From an archaeon (GTDB lineage: Archaea; Iainarchaeota; Iainarchaeia; Iainarchaeales; JANQMZ01), in assembly GCA_028279805.1 (NCBI GenBank), contig JANQMZ010000007.1, forward strand, positions 510,001 through 542,000: a stretch of DNA of 32,000 nt, read 5' to 3'. A model generated the notes under the pieces. It was not told the DNA's origin and did no database searches. It saw nothing but the letters and a program-made list of their open reading frames with translations. The position numbers and the translations under genes are program-made. Every line of letters starts with the position of its first letter. Positions within the stretch are counted from its first letter, which is position 1. Below, piece by piece: positions 8,139 to 17,200 of this stretch.

Positions 8139-8620
8139 AATCCTTGGACATAAAAGAAAAAACATTTTTGGCAAAATTTTTTATCATATTTTTTACAGGA
8201 ACAATTTTACTGCAAACAATCCAAATTACTTTTTTAAACAACTGGCTTGCTGCTTTTCAGGGATTTTTAACAGGAATAAATTTTCATCAGAACATTCTTT
8301 TTATTGACAGTTCTGCGTATATTGTTAACAATGAATGTTCAGGCTTATTTTCAGGAATAGTTTTGGCAGCGATAGTTTTTGGTTTAAAAAAACCGGAAAT
8401 AAAACAAAAAATTGCAATATTTTTAGCAGGATTTGCTTTTTTGTTTCCTTTAAACATTGTAAGAATTTACACCGTGTTAATGGTCGGAAAAATTTTTGGA
8501 TTTGATGCGGCAATTTTTCTGCACACCATAAGCTGGTTTGTTACATCAGCATTAGTTATAGGATTCTGGTACTATTTAACCAAAAAAGTTTTAAAAAAAA
8601 GTTTTAAGGAAATGCTTTAA
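8132..8620 (+). CDS. exosortase/archaeosortase-family transpeptidase, minimal form
   Basis: 162-aa polytopic ORF carrying the family triad in the canonical order: Cys in IVNNECSGLFSG, Arg in PLNIVRIY, His in FLHTISWF. Its ATG overlaps the carS stop (ATGGTGA, 8132-8138). Confidence 0.7.
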   Translation: MVKSLDIKEKTFLAKFFIIFFTGTILLQTIQITFLNNWLAAFQGFLTGINFHQNILFIDSSAYIVNNECSGLFSGIVLAAIVFGLKKPEIKQKIAIFLAGFAFLFPLNIVRIYTVLMVGKIFGFDAAIFLHTISWFVTSALVIGFWYYLTKKVLKKSFKEML

Positions 8621-8621
8621 A

Positions 8622-10250
8622 CTATTTTTCCAGAACAAATCTGGCAATCTCACCATAAGCAGGCCGGGTGATTAAAACGCCAACACTAACCCCCACAATT
8701 GTTGCAATGGCAAAGCCAACCAGTTTAATCATTCCCGTTCCGAACAAAATAATCGGAAACATTACCGCCAGCAGGGTTACCGCAGCAGCAATAACAATAA
8801 AAAACGCGTTTTTAATTCTTGTAAGCAGGGAAGCTTCAACTCTTTCAGCTCCTTTCAAAAGCTCATCTGTTATGACAATCTGGTCATCTACCCCTGTTCC
8901 CACAGCAGCAATAATTCCTGCAATAACCGCCAAATCAATATTCCCGGTCAAGGATGTAAAACTTAAAGTTGTAAAAGCCTCAACTAATGCTGTAAAAACA
9001 ATTGCAATTGAAATTCTTGGATTTCTATATCTTAAAAAAATAACAGCAGAAACAGCAAGTAAAACAATTATTCCGATCCAGCCTGCCTGAATTAAAAAAT
9101 TTTCACCCAAAAGAGGTGAAATTGTTTCCTTGCTAATGCTTTGAACACTTACAGGCAAAGAACCTGATTGTAATAAAATTTTTGTTTCATCCCTTTCAGC
9201 AAATGCTTCTTCCTGCGAAGAAGATGATCCTGTTATAATCAAATCAGTGATAATTTGGGCTTCATCAGGAGAATCAACAAAAGGTTCATTGCCGGTAATT
9301 GAAGGCTGCAATCTTACAATTGAATTCAAACCGGAAGCATTCCAAAGCCACGGGATTCCATCAGTTGATTCGATTTGAATAAGTTTAAAACCCAGATTTT
9401 TAAGCTGTTCTTTTGCCTGTTCACTTAAATTTTCAGAAAAAACTGCATTTGAATACTGACCTGAACTGATTAAATTCTGAAGAGCCAAAATTTCTTTTTC
9501 ATCAAAAGAAGAAACTGTAAAAAAAGGAACATCAATGTTTTGCAAAACCTCATCAATCGAAGTGTCCTGCGGAATTCCCTCAGTAAAATTACCCTGTAAA
9601 AACAACTGAGTGTCCTGTGAAAAATCCTGATCTGAAAAAATCAAAACAGATGTTGTCGGGCGGTCAATAAAAAAATAAGTATAAGAACAGTCATACGTGC
9701 TGCCCTGCTGGCTGAAAGTAACAAGAGAGCATCTGTGAAAAGATAAGTCTCTGAAATTTTTAGCAGCAACAGTTTTCAAAGTGAAGGGCAGATTCCAGCC
9801 GAATAAAAATTCTGAATGCTGCTGAACCGCTGAAACATGGGATGCGCCCTGGTCAACCTGTATAACATCCGCACCTGTGAACATTACACTTGAACCGTTT
9901 GAATCTGAATCTGTTATTGTTACCTCAAAACGACCCTGTCTTTTTATAATTGATTCAATTCTTGCAACAGCTTCAGGATCCGTTTCAGGCAGTTCAATTA
10001 TGACAAACTCGTTTCCGAGTGAAAAAACACTAATATCCTTTAAACCCGAAGAATTGATTCTTTTTTCCATTACTGTAACAATTCTTTCCATTTCATCAGA
10101 TGAAACTTTTTCAGATAACTGAACCTGGAACAATGTGCCTCCCTGAAAATCTATTCCAAAATTCAAACCCGCAAACAGGAAAACACCCATTGAAGCTATT
10201 ATAACCAGGAATAATAGCCAAATTTTCCAGTTTCTGATTAAATCCGCCAT
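8622..10250 (-). CDS. secD: protein-export membrane protein SecD
   Basis: N-terminal TM helix then GIDFQGGT, a large extracytoplasmic domain, and a C-terminal six-TM bundle with GTGVDDQIVITDE. I place the start at the ATG at 10250 (MADLIRNWKIW...), 4 nt after the secF stop and preceded by GAGGAGTTAAAAAA. The ORF-track start at 10298 would overlap secF and add a non-native-looking 16 aa. Confidence 0.85.
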   Translation of the reverse strand: MADLIRNWKIWLLFLVIIASMGVFLFAGLNFGIDFQGGTLFQVQLSEKVSSDEMERIVTVMEKRINSSGLKDISVFSLGNEFVIIELPETDPEAVARIESIIKRQGRFEVTITDSDSNGSSVMFTGADVIQVDQGASHVSAVQQHSEFLFGWNLPFTLKTVAAKNFRDLSFHRCSLVTFSQQGSTYDCSYTYFFIDRPTTSVLIFSDQDFSQDTQLFLQGNFTEGIPQDTSIDEVLQNIDVPFFTVSSFDEKEILALQNLISSGQYSNAVFSENLSEQAKEQLKNLGFKLIQIESTDGIPWLWNASGLNSIVRLQPSITGNEPFVDSPDEAQIITDLIITGSSSSQEEAFAERDETKILLQSGSLPVSVQSISKETISPLLGENFLIQAGWIGIIVLLAVSAVIFLRYRNPRISIAIVFTALVEAFTTLSFTSLTGNIDLAVIAGIIAAVGTGVDDQIVITDELLKGAERVEASLLTRIKNAFFIVIAAAVTLLAVMFPIILFGTGMIKLVGFAIATIVGVSVGVLITRPAYGEIARFVLEK

Positions 10251-10264
10251 TTTTTTAACTCCTC
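10251..10264 (-). promoter_or_regulatory. Shine-Dalgarno plus spacer GAGGAGTTAAAAAA directly upstream of the secD ATG
   Basis: The reverse complement of 10251-10264 is gaggagttaaaaaa, followed by the ATG at 10250. It has the same architecture as the boxes at 11401 and 12435. Confidence 0.5.
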
Positions 10265-11370
10265 TTTTTCTGAGCAAACCATAACAAAATAGGAGCATTC
10301 ATAAACCAAGTGCTTATCAGATCCCCTATTAATCCGAACAAAATTACTGCTGCAATTTCATAAATAACAAACAGGCTTCCCATAAATGAAAGAACTGCCA
10401 TTAAAGTTACAGCAATCAAAGTTGTTCCGGTCATTGTTAAACCTGTTAAAAGAGAATCATTTGCCCTCTCAAACAAGTCCGCGTCACGTCTTTTCAAAAT
10501 TTTTGTTGTAAGCATAATATCCGTGTCAATGGAATAACCAATCAGTAATAATAATGCAGGAATTGAAGCCAGAGACAAAGGAATGTTAAACAAAGCCATT
10601 CCTGCCAATGCCGCCAAAACATCAAAAAATGCGGCAAGCATTACCGCAATGCTTGGAACAATTTGCCTGAAAAACAAAAAAATCACAATAGTAACGGAGA
10701 TGACTGCCACGAAAAAAACAAACAAAGCGTTTTGCCAGAAAAGATTGCCGATTGTAGGGCCGATTTCTTTTTTTTGAAACGCTACTTCATTTAAAATTCC
10801 AAGTTCTTTTTTGGCTATCTGCTGAAACTGCAAATCAAAAGATGTTTGAGCGTCTGCAAATTTTGTTTGCGAAAAATCAATTAACTGTTCAACATTTTGA
10901 GGAGCATTATTTACATTTGTTAAAGGTTTTAAAATTTGCAGAGCTTCCAAAGCAAGTTGTTTTGCCTGTGAAGGATTTTCCTGGGATAAAGAACGGGCTT
11001 GTGAAATTTTTTCCTCAGCCTGTGAAAACAAAGTGTTTTTTGAAAATTCAACAATCAGACTAAAACCGGCAGGGCCTGATGTTGTGTTCACTGACAAGTC
11101 TTCAAGAGTAAAATTTTGTTCAAGTTTTTGCTTAAAAGAATCAGCATCAAAAGAAGCAGGTGTCTGAGTTGTTCTTAAAATAATTAAAGTGCCTCCCTCA
11201 ATGTCAATGCCGGTGGGAATCCCGGGATAAACAAAAGCAATTACCGCAAACAAAACAAACATTAAAGCAGGCAATACTAACAGTCGCTTATAGCTTTTTT
11301 TATAAAAAGATTTAAAGCCCTTTAAAACCAAAAAAAAACACCTTATATGAACAAAAACGATGTTATACAA
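10255..11370 (-). CDS. secF: protein-export membrane protein SecF
   Basis: GIDIEGGT after the first TM helix, and a C-terminal TM bundle with IGYSIDTDIMLTTKIL. The exact start is uncertain: the first 15-20 residues of the ORF-track model look non-native, and an in-frame TTG near 11331 is an alternative. Confidence 0.85.
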   Translation of the reverse strand: MYNIVFVHIRCFFLVLKGFKSFYKKSYKRLLVLPALMFVLFAVIAFVYPGIPTGIDIEGGTLIILRTTQTPASFDADSFKQKLEQNFTLEDLSVNTTSGPAGFSLIVEFSKNTLFSQAEEKISQARSLSQENPSQAKQLALEALQILKPLTNVNNAPQNVEQLIDFSQTKFADAQTSFDLQFQQIAKKELGILNEVAFQKKEIGPTIGNLFWQNALFVFFVAVISVTIVIFLFFRQIVPSIAVMLAAFFDVLAALAGMALFNIPLSLASIPALLLLIGYSIDTDIMLTTKILKRRDADLFERANDSLLTGLTMTGTTLIAVTLMAVLSFMGSLFVIYEIAAVILFGLIGDLISTWFMNAPILLWFAQKKRS

Positions 11371-11400
11371 TAAAAAAGGAAACGATTTAAATATTAATAA

Positions 11401-11412
11401 GAGGCGTTAAAA
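11401..11412 (+). promoter_or_regulatory. Shine-Dalgarno plus spacer GAGGCGTTAAAA directly upstream of the NOG1-type GTPase ATG
   Basis: gaggcgttaaaaATG read directly. An AT-rich TATA-like stretch atttaaatattaataa lies immediately upstream. Confidence 0.5.
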
Positions 11413-12381
11413 ATGCGTTTTCTTTTTGTTTCAAATCCCAAAGAATTGCTGGACATTGCTTTCAGAAAAGCCAGAAAAAAATCTGCAAAAATAAGCAAAA
11501 GCAAAAACAGGTTAAGATATGAAAAAGGAAAACATTCAACTGAGGTTACTGTTGCCGGGGAAGAGCTTGGAAAAAATCTTTACAAATCGGTTCAAAGTGT
11601 TCCTTCATTTGAAGAATTAGTGGAATTTGAAAAACAATTAATTTCACTTGTTGTTGATTTGAAAAAATTAAAACAATCTTTGGCTCAAATGAGCAAAATT
11701 TCAATAATGGTTCAGAATCTTTCAAAAAAATATTATTCAAAAATTTTAAAATCAAAAAAAGAGGATGAACCAAAAAAATTAAAAAAAGAATTTTATGGCC
11801 GCATCAGTTCAATGATTAAATCTTTGGATAAAAGCATCCAGTATTACAACAGTTGTTCAAAAAAATTAAAGGAGATTCCGACATTAAAAAAAGAACATGT
11901 TAACATAATACTTGCAGGTTTTCCCAATACAGGAAAAACAACAATTTTGAAAAGATTAACAGGTTCAAAAGCAAAAATTGCATCATATCCTTTTACAACC
12001 CAGAGCATAAACCTTGGCTATTTTTATCACAAAACATTACAGTTTCAGGTAATTGATACTCCGGGTTTGCTTGACCGGCCTCCGGACAAAATGAATGATA
12101 TTGAAAAAAAAGCAATTCTTGCATTAAAACATCTGGCAGACTTTGTTGTTTTTGTCATTGACCCCACAGAACAATGTGGGTATTCTTTGCAAAAACAGTT
12201 AAAACTTTTAAAAGATTTAAAAAAAGAATTAAAATCAAAATTTTTAATAGTGTTAAACAAAACAGATTTGTCCTCAAAAGAACAGAAAAAAACTGTTTTG
12301 AGCAAAATAAAACAAAAAGCCTTTTTTGAAGGAAAAAAACACAAATCGGAGCTTAAAAAAGTTTTAATTGAAACAGCATAA
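11413..12381 (+). CDS. NOG1-family GTP-binding protein (ribosome biogenesis GTPase)
   Basis: 322-aa ORF. G1 GFPNTGKTT, G2 region YPFTT, G3 DTPG followed by LLDRP, G4 NKTD. The helical N-terminal domain is typical of archaeal Nog1 homologues. Confidence 0.8.
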   Translation: MRFLFVSNPKELLDIAFRKARKKSAKISKSKNRLRYEKGKHSTEVTVAGEELGKNLYKSVQSVPSFEELVEFEKQLISLVVDLKKLKQSLAQMSKISIMVQNLSKKYYSKILKSKKEDEPKKLKKEFYGRISSMIKSLDKSIQYYNSCSKKLKEIPTLKKEHVNIILAGFPNTGKTTILKRLTGSKAKIASYPFTTQSINLGYFYHKTLQFQVIDTPGLLDRPPDKMNDIEKKAILALKHLADFVVFVIDPTEQCGYSLQKQLKLLKDLKKELKSKFLIVLNKTDLSSKEQKKTVLSKIKQKAFFEGKKHKSELKKVLIETA

Positions 12382-12434
12382 CACCTAATTTAAACTTTTT
12401 CTTACATAAATTTTTCCGCTAATTCAATGCATCT

Positions 12435-12445
12435 GAGGCGTTAAA
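12435..12445 (+). promoter_or_regulatory. Shine-Dalgarno plus spacer GAGGCGTTAAA directly upstream of the UPF0147 ATG
   Basis: gaggcgttaaaATG read directly. It is nearly identical to the box at 11401. Confidence 0.5.
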
Positions 12446-12715
12446 ATGGATGAAAAAATTGGGTCGGATATAGAAGAAGCCAAAGAAATGCTGCTTGAAA
12501 TAACTGAGGACAGAAGCATTCCAAGGAATATACGTTCAAATGTAAAAGAAGCTCTTGACAAAATTGAGGAAAAAAAAATAGAAGGACTTCATTTATCAAG
12601 TGCTATTTATTTGCTTGATGATATAAGCAATGACATTAACATGCCTTCACATGCCAGGACAACAATATGGGAAGCCATAAGCATGCTTGAAAGCATTAAG
12701 GAAAGAATTGAATAA
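12446..12715 (+). CDS. UPF0147-family small helical protein
   Basis: 89-aa ORF. DRSIPRNIRSNVKEAL and LDDISNDINMPSHARTTIWEAISMLE match the conserved UPF0147 pattern (D.SvPRNiRr ... LDeisnDpNmP.h.RT.iW). Confidence 0.7.
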   Translation: MDEKIGSDIEEAKEMLLEITEDRSIPRNIRSNVKEALDKIEEKKIEGLHLSSAIYLLDDISNDINMPSHARTTIWEAISMLESIKERIE

Positions 12716-12727
12716 CAGTGATTTTAG

Positions 12728-14242
12728 GTGGAAAAAAGCCTTGCTAAAACTCAGGGAAAAAAAGAAAAAATTGCTTTGTATTCCGAAAAGCAAAATATTA
12801 TGCTCAGCCCGAAATCCATAGAAATACTTGAAAAACAGGAATTCTGGCAGGAAATTTTGGACAACCTGGTTAAAGAAGGGCAATTCATAATAACTCCTGA
12901 ACTTGTTGAAAAAAAAATTGTTAAAACAAAAATGAACATTGTTGAAAAAGAAACAATTGTAAAATCAAAAAACTTGCAGGCACTGGCAAAAGAAACAGAA
13001 GCAGATTTTCATATAATGAAAGAACTTGATGTAAGCAATCAAAGTTCGTCTGAAGGAAAAATTGAAGATTTTTTGGATTATTTTGAAAACAAATTCAAAC
13101 TTTTAAGCAACATGTTAAAAAAAAGACACTCGCTTAACCCGGTTCCCATTAAAAGAATTAAAGCAATTCCTGACAAGCAGGATGTTGACTTAATCGGAAT
13201 GGTTTCAAGAAAATGGATGAGCAAAAAAGACAATTTAATACTTGAAGTTGAGGATGGAGATGCAAAAACTTTAATTGTCATACCAAAACAAAGCAAAGAA
13301 CTTTCAAGAGAAGCCAACAAATTAATGCTTGACAATGTCATAGGAGTGAAAGGAAAAAAACTTGGAGATGATTTAATAATAGCTCAAACCATTTTATTGC
13401 CTGACTTGCCTGCAGACAGAAAACTAAAAACAATTGAAAAAGATGTAAGTATTGCAAGCGTTTCAGACATACATGTGGGAAGCAAGCTTTTTCTGGAAGA
13501 AGAATTTAAAGACTTTTTAAAATGGATAAATTTGGGTACAGGCTCAAAAACAGATAAAATAGAAACAGGAAAAATAAAATATTTGGTTATAACAGGGGAC
13601 AATGTTGATGGCATCGGAGTATACCCTGAACAGGAAAATGAGCTTGCAATAAAAGACATTTATGAACAATATGAAAAATTTTCAGAATTAATTTTACAAA
13701 TACCTGAATATATTGAAATATTTATTACCCCCGGAAACCACGATGCTGTGCGCGTTTCAGACCCGCAACCCATTATTCCGAAAAAATATATTCCAGAACT
13801 TTACAATGCGAAAAACGTTCATTTAATGGGTTCTCCAAGCTGGGTTGAAATAGAAAAATTTAAAACACTCTTATATCACGGAGCTTCCTTACATGACTTG
13901 TTTTCAAATGTAACCGGATTAGATGCTTCAAAACCGGAACTCGGAATGAGGGAATTGTTAAAAAAAAGAGATTTGTGCGCTTCTTACGGCTTAAAACATC
14001 CGTATGTTCCTGAAAAAAAGAATTATATGATAATAAACCATGAACCTGATCTGATTTTCATGGGTGAAATGCATCACAACGGTTACACTGATTACAGGGG
14101 AACAAGAATTATTTGCAACGGAACATGGCAGGACAGAACAGATTATCAGGTAAGACTGGGGCACGTGCCAACAGTCGGCAGAGTTCCCGTTATTAATTTA
14201 AAAACACTTCAAATGAAAGAAAATGTTTTTGCAGAGGAATAA
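12728..14242 (+). CDS. dp1: DNA polymerase II (PolD) small subunit DP1, Mre11-like 3'-5' exonuclease
   Basis: 504-aa ORF with the calcineurin-like phosphoesterase motifs SDIHVGS, ITGDNVDGIGVYP, PGNHDA and GEMHHNG. The model starts at GTG 12728, preceded by the AGTGAT SD-like box. A start at the in-frame TTG a few codons downstream cannot be excluded. Confidence 0.9.
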   Translation: MEKSLAKTQGKKEKIALYSEKQNIMLSPKSIEILEKQEFWQEILDNLVKEGQFIITPELVEKKIVKTKMNIVEKETIVKSKNLQALAKETEADFHIMKELDVSNQSSSEGKIEDFLDYFENKFKLLSNMLKKRHSLNPVPIKRIKAIPDKQDVDLIGMVSRKWMSKKDNLILEVEDGDAKTLIVIPKQSKELSREANKLMLDNVIGVKGKKLGDDLIIAQTILLPDLPADRKLKTIEKDVSIASVSDIHVGSKLFLEEEFKDFLKWINLGTGSKTDKIETGKIKYLVITGDNVDGIGVYPEQENELAIKDIYEQYEKFSELILQIPEYIEIFITPGNHDAVRVSDPQPIIPKKYIPELYNAKNVHLMGSPSWVEIEKFKTLLYHGASLHDLFSNVTGLDASKPELGMRELLKKRDLCASYGLKHPYVPEKKNYMIINHEPDLIFMGEMHHNGYTDYRGTRIICNGTWQDRTDYQVRLGHVPTVGRVPVINLKTLQMKENVFAEE

Positions 14243-14245
14243 AAA

Positions 14246-17200
14246 ATGAAACAAACAAATCCTTTTGAAACAAATGTAAACGCTGAACAGCATATTCAGA
14301 ATTATTACAAACAAATAGAAAAAAAAGCAGAAAAACAGTTTAACATTGCAACAAAAGCAAAAGAAAAAGGCTTTGACATTTCAAAAGAAGTTGAAACATT
14401 GCCAACATCCGACCTGGCTGACAGAACAGAAGCAATTATCGGACCAAAAGGAATTGCAAAAAGATATAGGGAGGTTTTAAAACAAAAAAAAGACAGAATG
14501 GAAACAATTTTTCAAATATTTGAAGAAATATTAAAACAAAAATGGGTTAAAATTCCCAATGAAGAAAAAAGAATAGAACAGGCAATTAAAACAAGTGTGG
14601 TTTTGAATACGGAAGGAGTAGTTGTGGCGCCAATTGACGGTGTTCCAAAAATAAAAATAAGCAAAAACAATGACGGCTCGGAATACTTGGATATTTATTA
14701 CGCGGGACCAATCAGGGGAGCAGGAGGAACTTCAATGGTTTTGCCTTTAATCTTGGGAGATTATGCCAGACAATTTTTTAACCTGTCAAAATTTAAGCCA
14801 AGTGAAGATGAAGTTGAAAGAATTGTGGAAGAATGCAGTGCTTACGAAGAAATTTTCAGCAGGCAATACAAGTTAACAGATGAGGAAGTGAGAAAAGTTG
14901 TAAGAGGCTGCCCGGTTTCCATTAACGGAGAACCAACCGAAGAAAAAGAGGTTTCAGTTAACAGGGACATTGCAAGAGTTCCCCATAACAGAATAAGGGG
15001 AGGAATGTGCCTTGTTATAGCGGAGGGAGTTGCACAAAAAGCCAAAAAAGTGCTTTCTTTTGCAAAAATGCTTGACTTGGACTGGTCCTGGCTTGAAGAC
15101 ATTATAACAATTGAAAAACAAACAGGTTCACAGGAAATAAAAGCAAATGACAAATATTTAACAGGAACAGCAGCAGGAAGGCCAATATTTGGTTATCCTT
15201 CAAGAGCAGGAAGCTTCAGGTTAAGGTATGGGAGAACAAGAGGCATGGGAATTATGGGCAAGGCAATTCATCCTGCAACAATGTATGCGTTGGATGAATT
15301 TGCAGCAATAGGAACACAGTTAAGGGTTGAAAGGCCGGGAAAAGCCGCGTCAATAAGTGCCTGTGATTCAATTAACGGACCGATAATCAGGCTCAAAAAT
15401 GGTGATGTTGTAAAATTTGATTCCGCTCAAAAAGTAATAGAAGAAAAAAACAACTTTGACAAAATTTTATTTTTAGGGGATATGCTTGTATGCTACGGTG
15501 ATTTTAAACAGTCTGTTGAAAAACTTGCCCCTCCAGGATACAATGAAGAATGGTGGCAAAAAGAATTACAAAAATCAAAAGCAAAAGGAAAGTTGGCTGA
15601 AAAAGTTTTAGAAAATTCTGATAATCTGGACGCGTTTGAAGCAGTGGAATTATCTGAAAAATTTAAAATTCCGCTACATCCAAAATTTACTCCTTTTTAT
15701 TCACTTCTTGAATTGCAGGAATTAAAAATTTTGGAAGAATATTTGAAAAAAGCTGAAAAAAAAGAAAAAAACGGAAAAATAACCGGATTAAAAATTGAAA
15801 AAAATGAAGAAATAAAAAAAATTCTGGAAAAAATAGGCTTGGAACACAAAAACTTGGACAAAATTTTAATAGAAGAAAAAATGGCTTTTGCTTTATTAAA
15901 AACATTCGGTTTTATTAAAGGAAAAAAACTTGATTATGAAAAAGAAAATGAAAACATTTTGAAAATTTTAAGCAATGCTTCCGGAATTATGATAAGAAAC
16001 ACTGCCGGCTCTTTTATCGGAGCAAGAATGGGCAGACCTGAAGCTTCCACTCCAAGAACAATGAAAGGAAATCCTCATGTTTTGTTTCCAATAGGAAATT
16101 TCGGAGGAAACACAAGAAGCATTACCAAAGCAATTGATGTCATAAACACTAATAAAAAACCTCTTTTTGTTGAGGTTAAAAATTATTTTTCAGAAGAAGA
16201 TGAAAAAATTCTGCCAATTCCGAGCCACCCGGTTTCAAAAAAAAGAAATGTGCCTTTAAAAAAAGATAAAACAGAAAAACTTGAAGTTAATTTGCCATGG
16301 CTTTTTGAAAATGCGTCAAAAAATCTTGCAATAAAAACACCTGAACTGGTTAAAGGGGTAAGAGGATTAATAAGCGAGGAAAAAGCAGCAGAACCTCTGG
16401 AAAAAGGCATTATAAGGGCAAAACACGGTGTTCATGTTTTTAAGGATGGGACGATTAGGTATGAACTGATTAACAATCCTTTAACGCATTTTAAGCCCAA
16501 TGAAACAGGAACAAGCATTGAAAAATTAAAAGAACTGGGATATGAAAAAGATATTTTTGGCAACTCACTGGAAAACGATGAACAGGTTGTTGAATTGCTG
16601 CCGCAGGATATAATTGTTCACCATGAGGCCGGAGATTTTATGGTAAAAGTTTCAAAATTTGTTGATGACTTGCTTGAAAGATTTTATGGTTTGCAAAAAT
16701 ATTATAACGCTAAAACAAGGGAAGATTTAATCGGGGAATTGGTTTTAGGCTTGGCCCCCCATACATCTGCAGCAATTATAGGAAGAATAATAGGGTATTC
16801 TGAGGGAAGGGCTTGTTTTGCCCATCCATATTTTCATCAGACAAAAAGAAGAAATGCAGACGGGGACCAGGATTCTGTAACCTTGCTGATGGACGGCTTA
16901 ATCAATTTTTCACAGTCTTATCTGGCTGAATCAAGAGGCGGGAGAATGGATGCACCATTGGTTTTTACAATTGCCTTGGATCCCAATGAAATTGATGACG
17001 AAGTTTACAAAATGGATGTAGTGTGGGATTATCCGTTAGAATTTTATGAAAAAGCATTGGAGTTTTCCCCGCCTGAACTTGATTTTATTGAAACCGTTAA
17101 CAGCAGGCTTAATACAAAAAAACAGTATTCAGATTTTGGTTTTACACATAAAGTTACAAGATTTGATGCGGGGCCGACAAGTTCAAAATATGTGCAGTTA

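Noticed and set aside
8125-8307. A 60-aa plus-strand ORF overlapping the carS end and the archaeosortase start.
   Set aside because: It is out of frame with two well-supported genes, its sequence is low-complexity and non-membrane-like, and it has no SD box. It is a shadow ORF.
8668-9090. A 140-aa antisense ORF inside secD, and similar antisense ORFs in the track (for example 21312-21716, 21753-22106, 25819-26338, 26995-27297, 17709-18011).
   Set aside because: All lie opposite strongly supported genes, in the locally GC-richer, stop-poor regions that encode exported domains. Their Ser/Thr/Pro-rich sequences are what reverse-frame translation produces, and none has start-site signals.
10251-10298. 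The ORF-track N-terminal extension of SecD (MLLFCYGLLRKRGVKK).
   Set aside because: It overlaps the secF 3' end. The internal ATG at 10250 has a perfect GAGGAG SD box and gives a canonical N-terminus (short basic segment then a TM helix). I annotated the shorter form.
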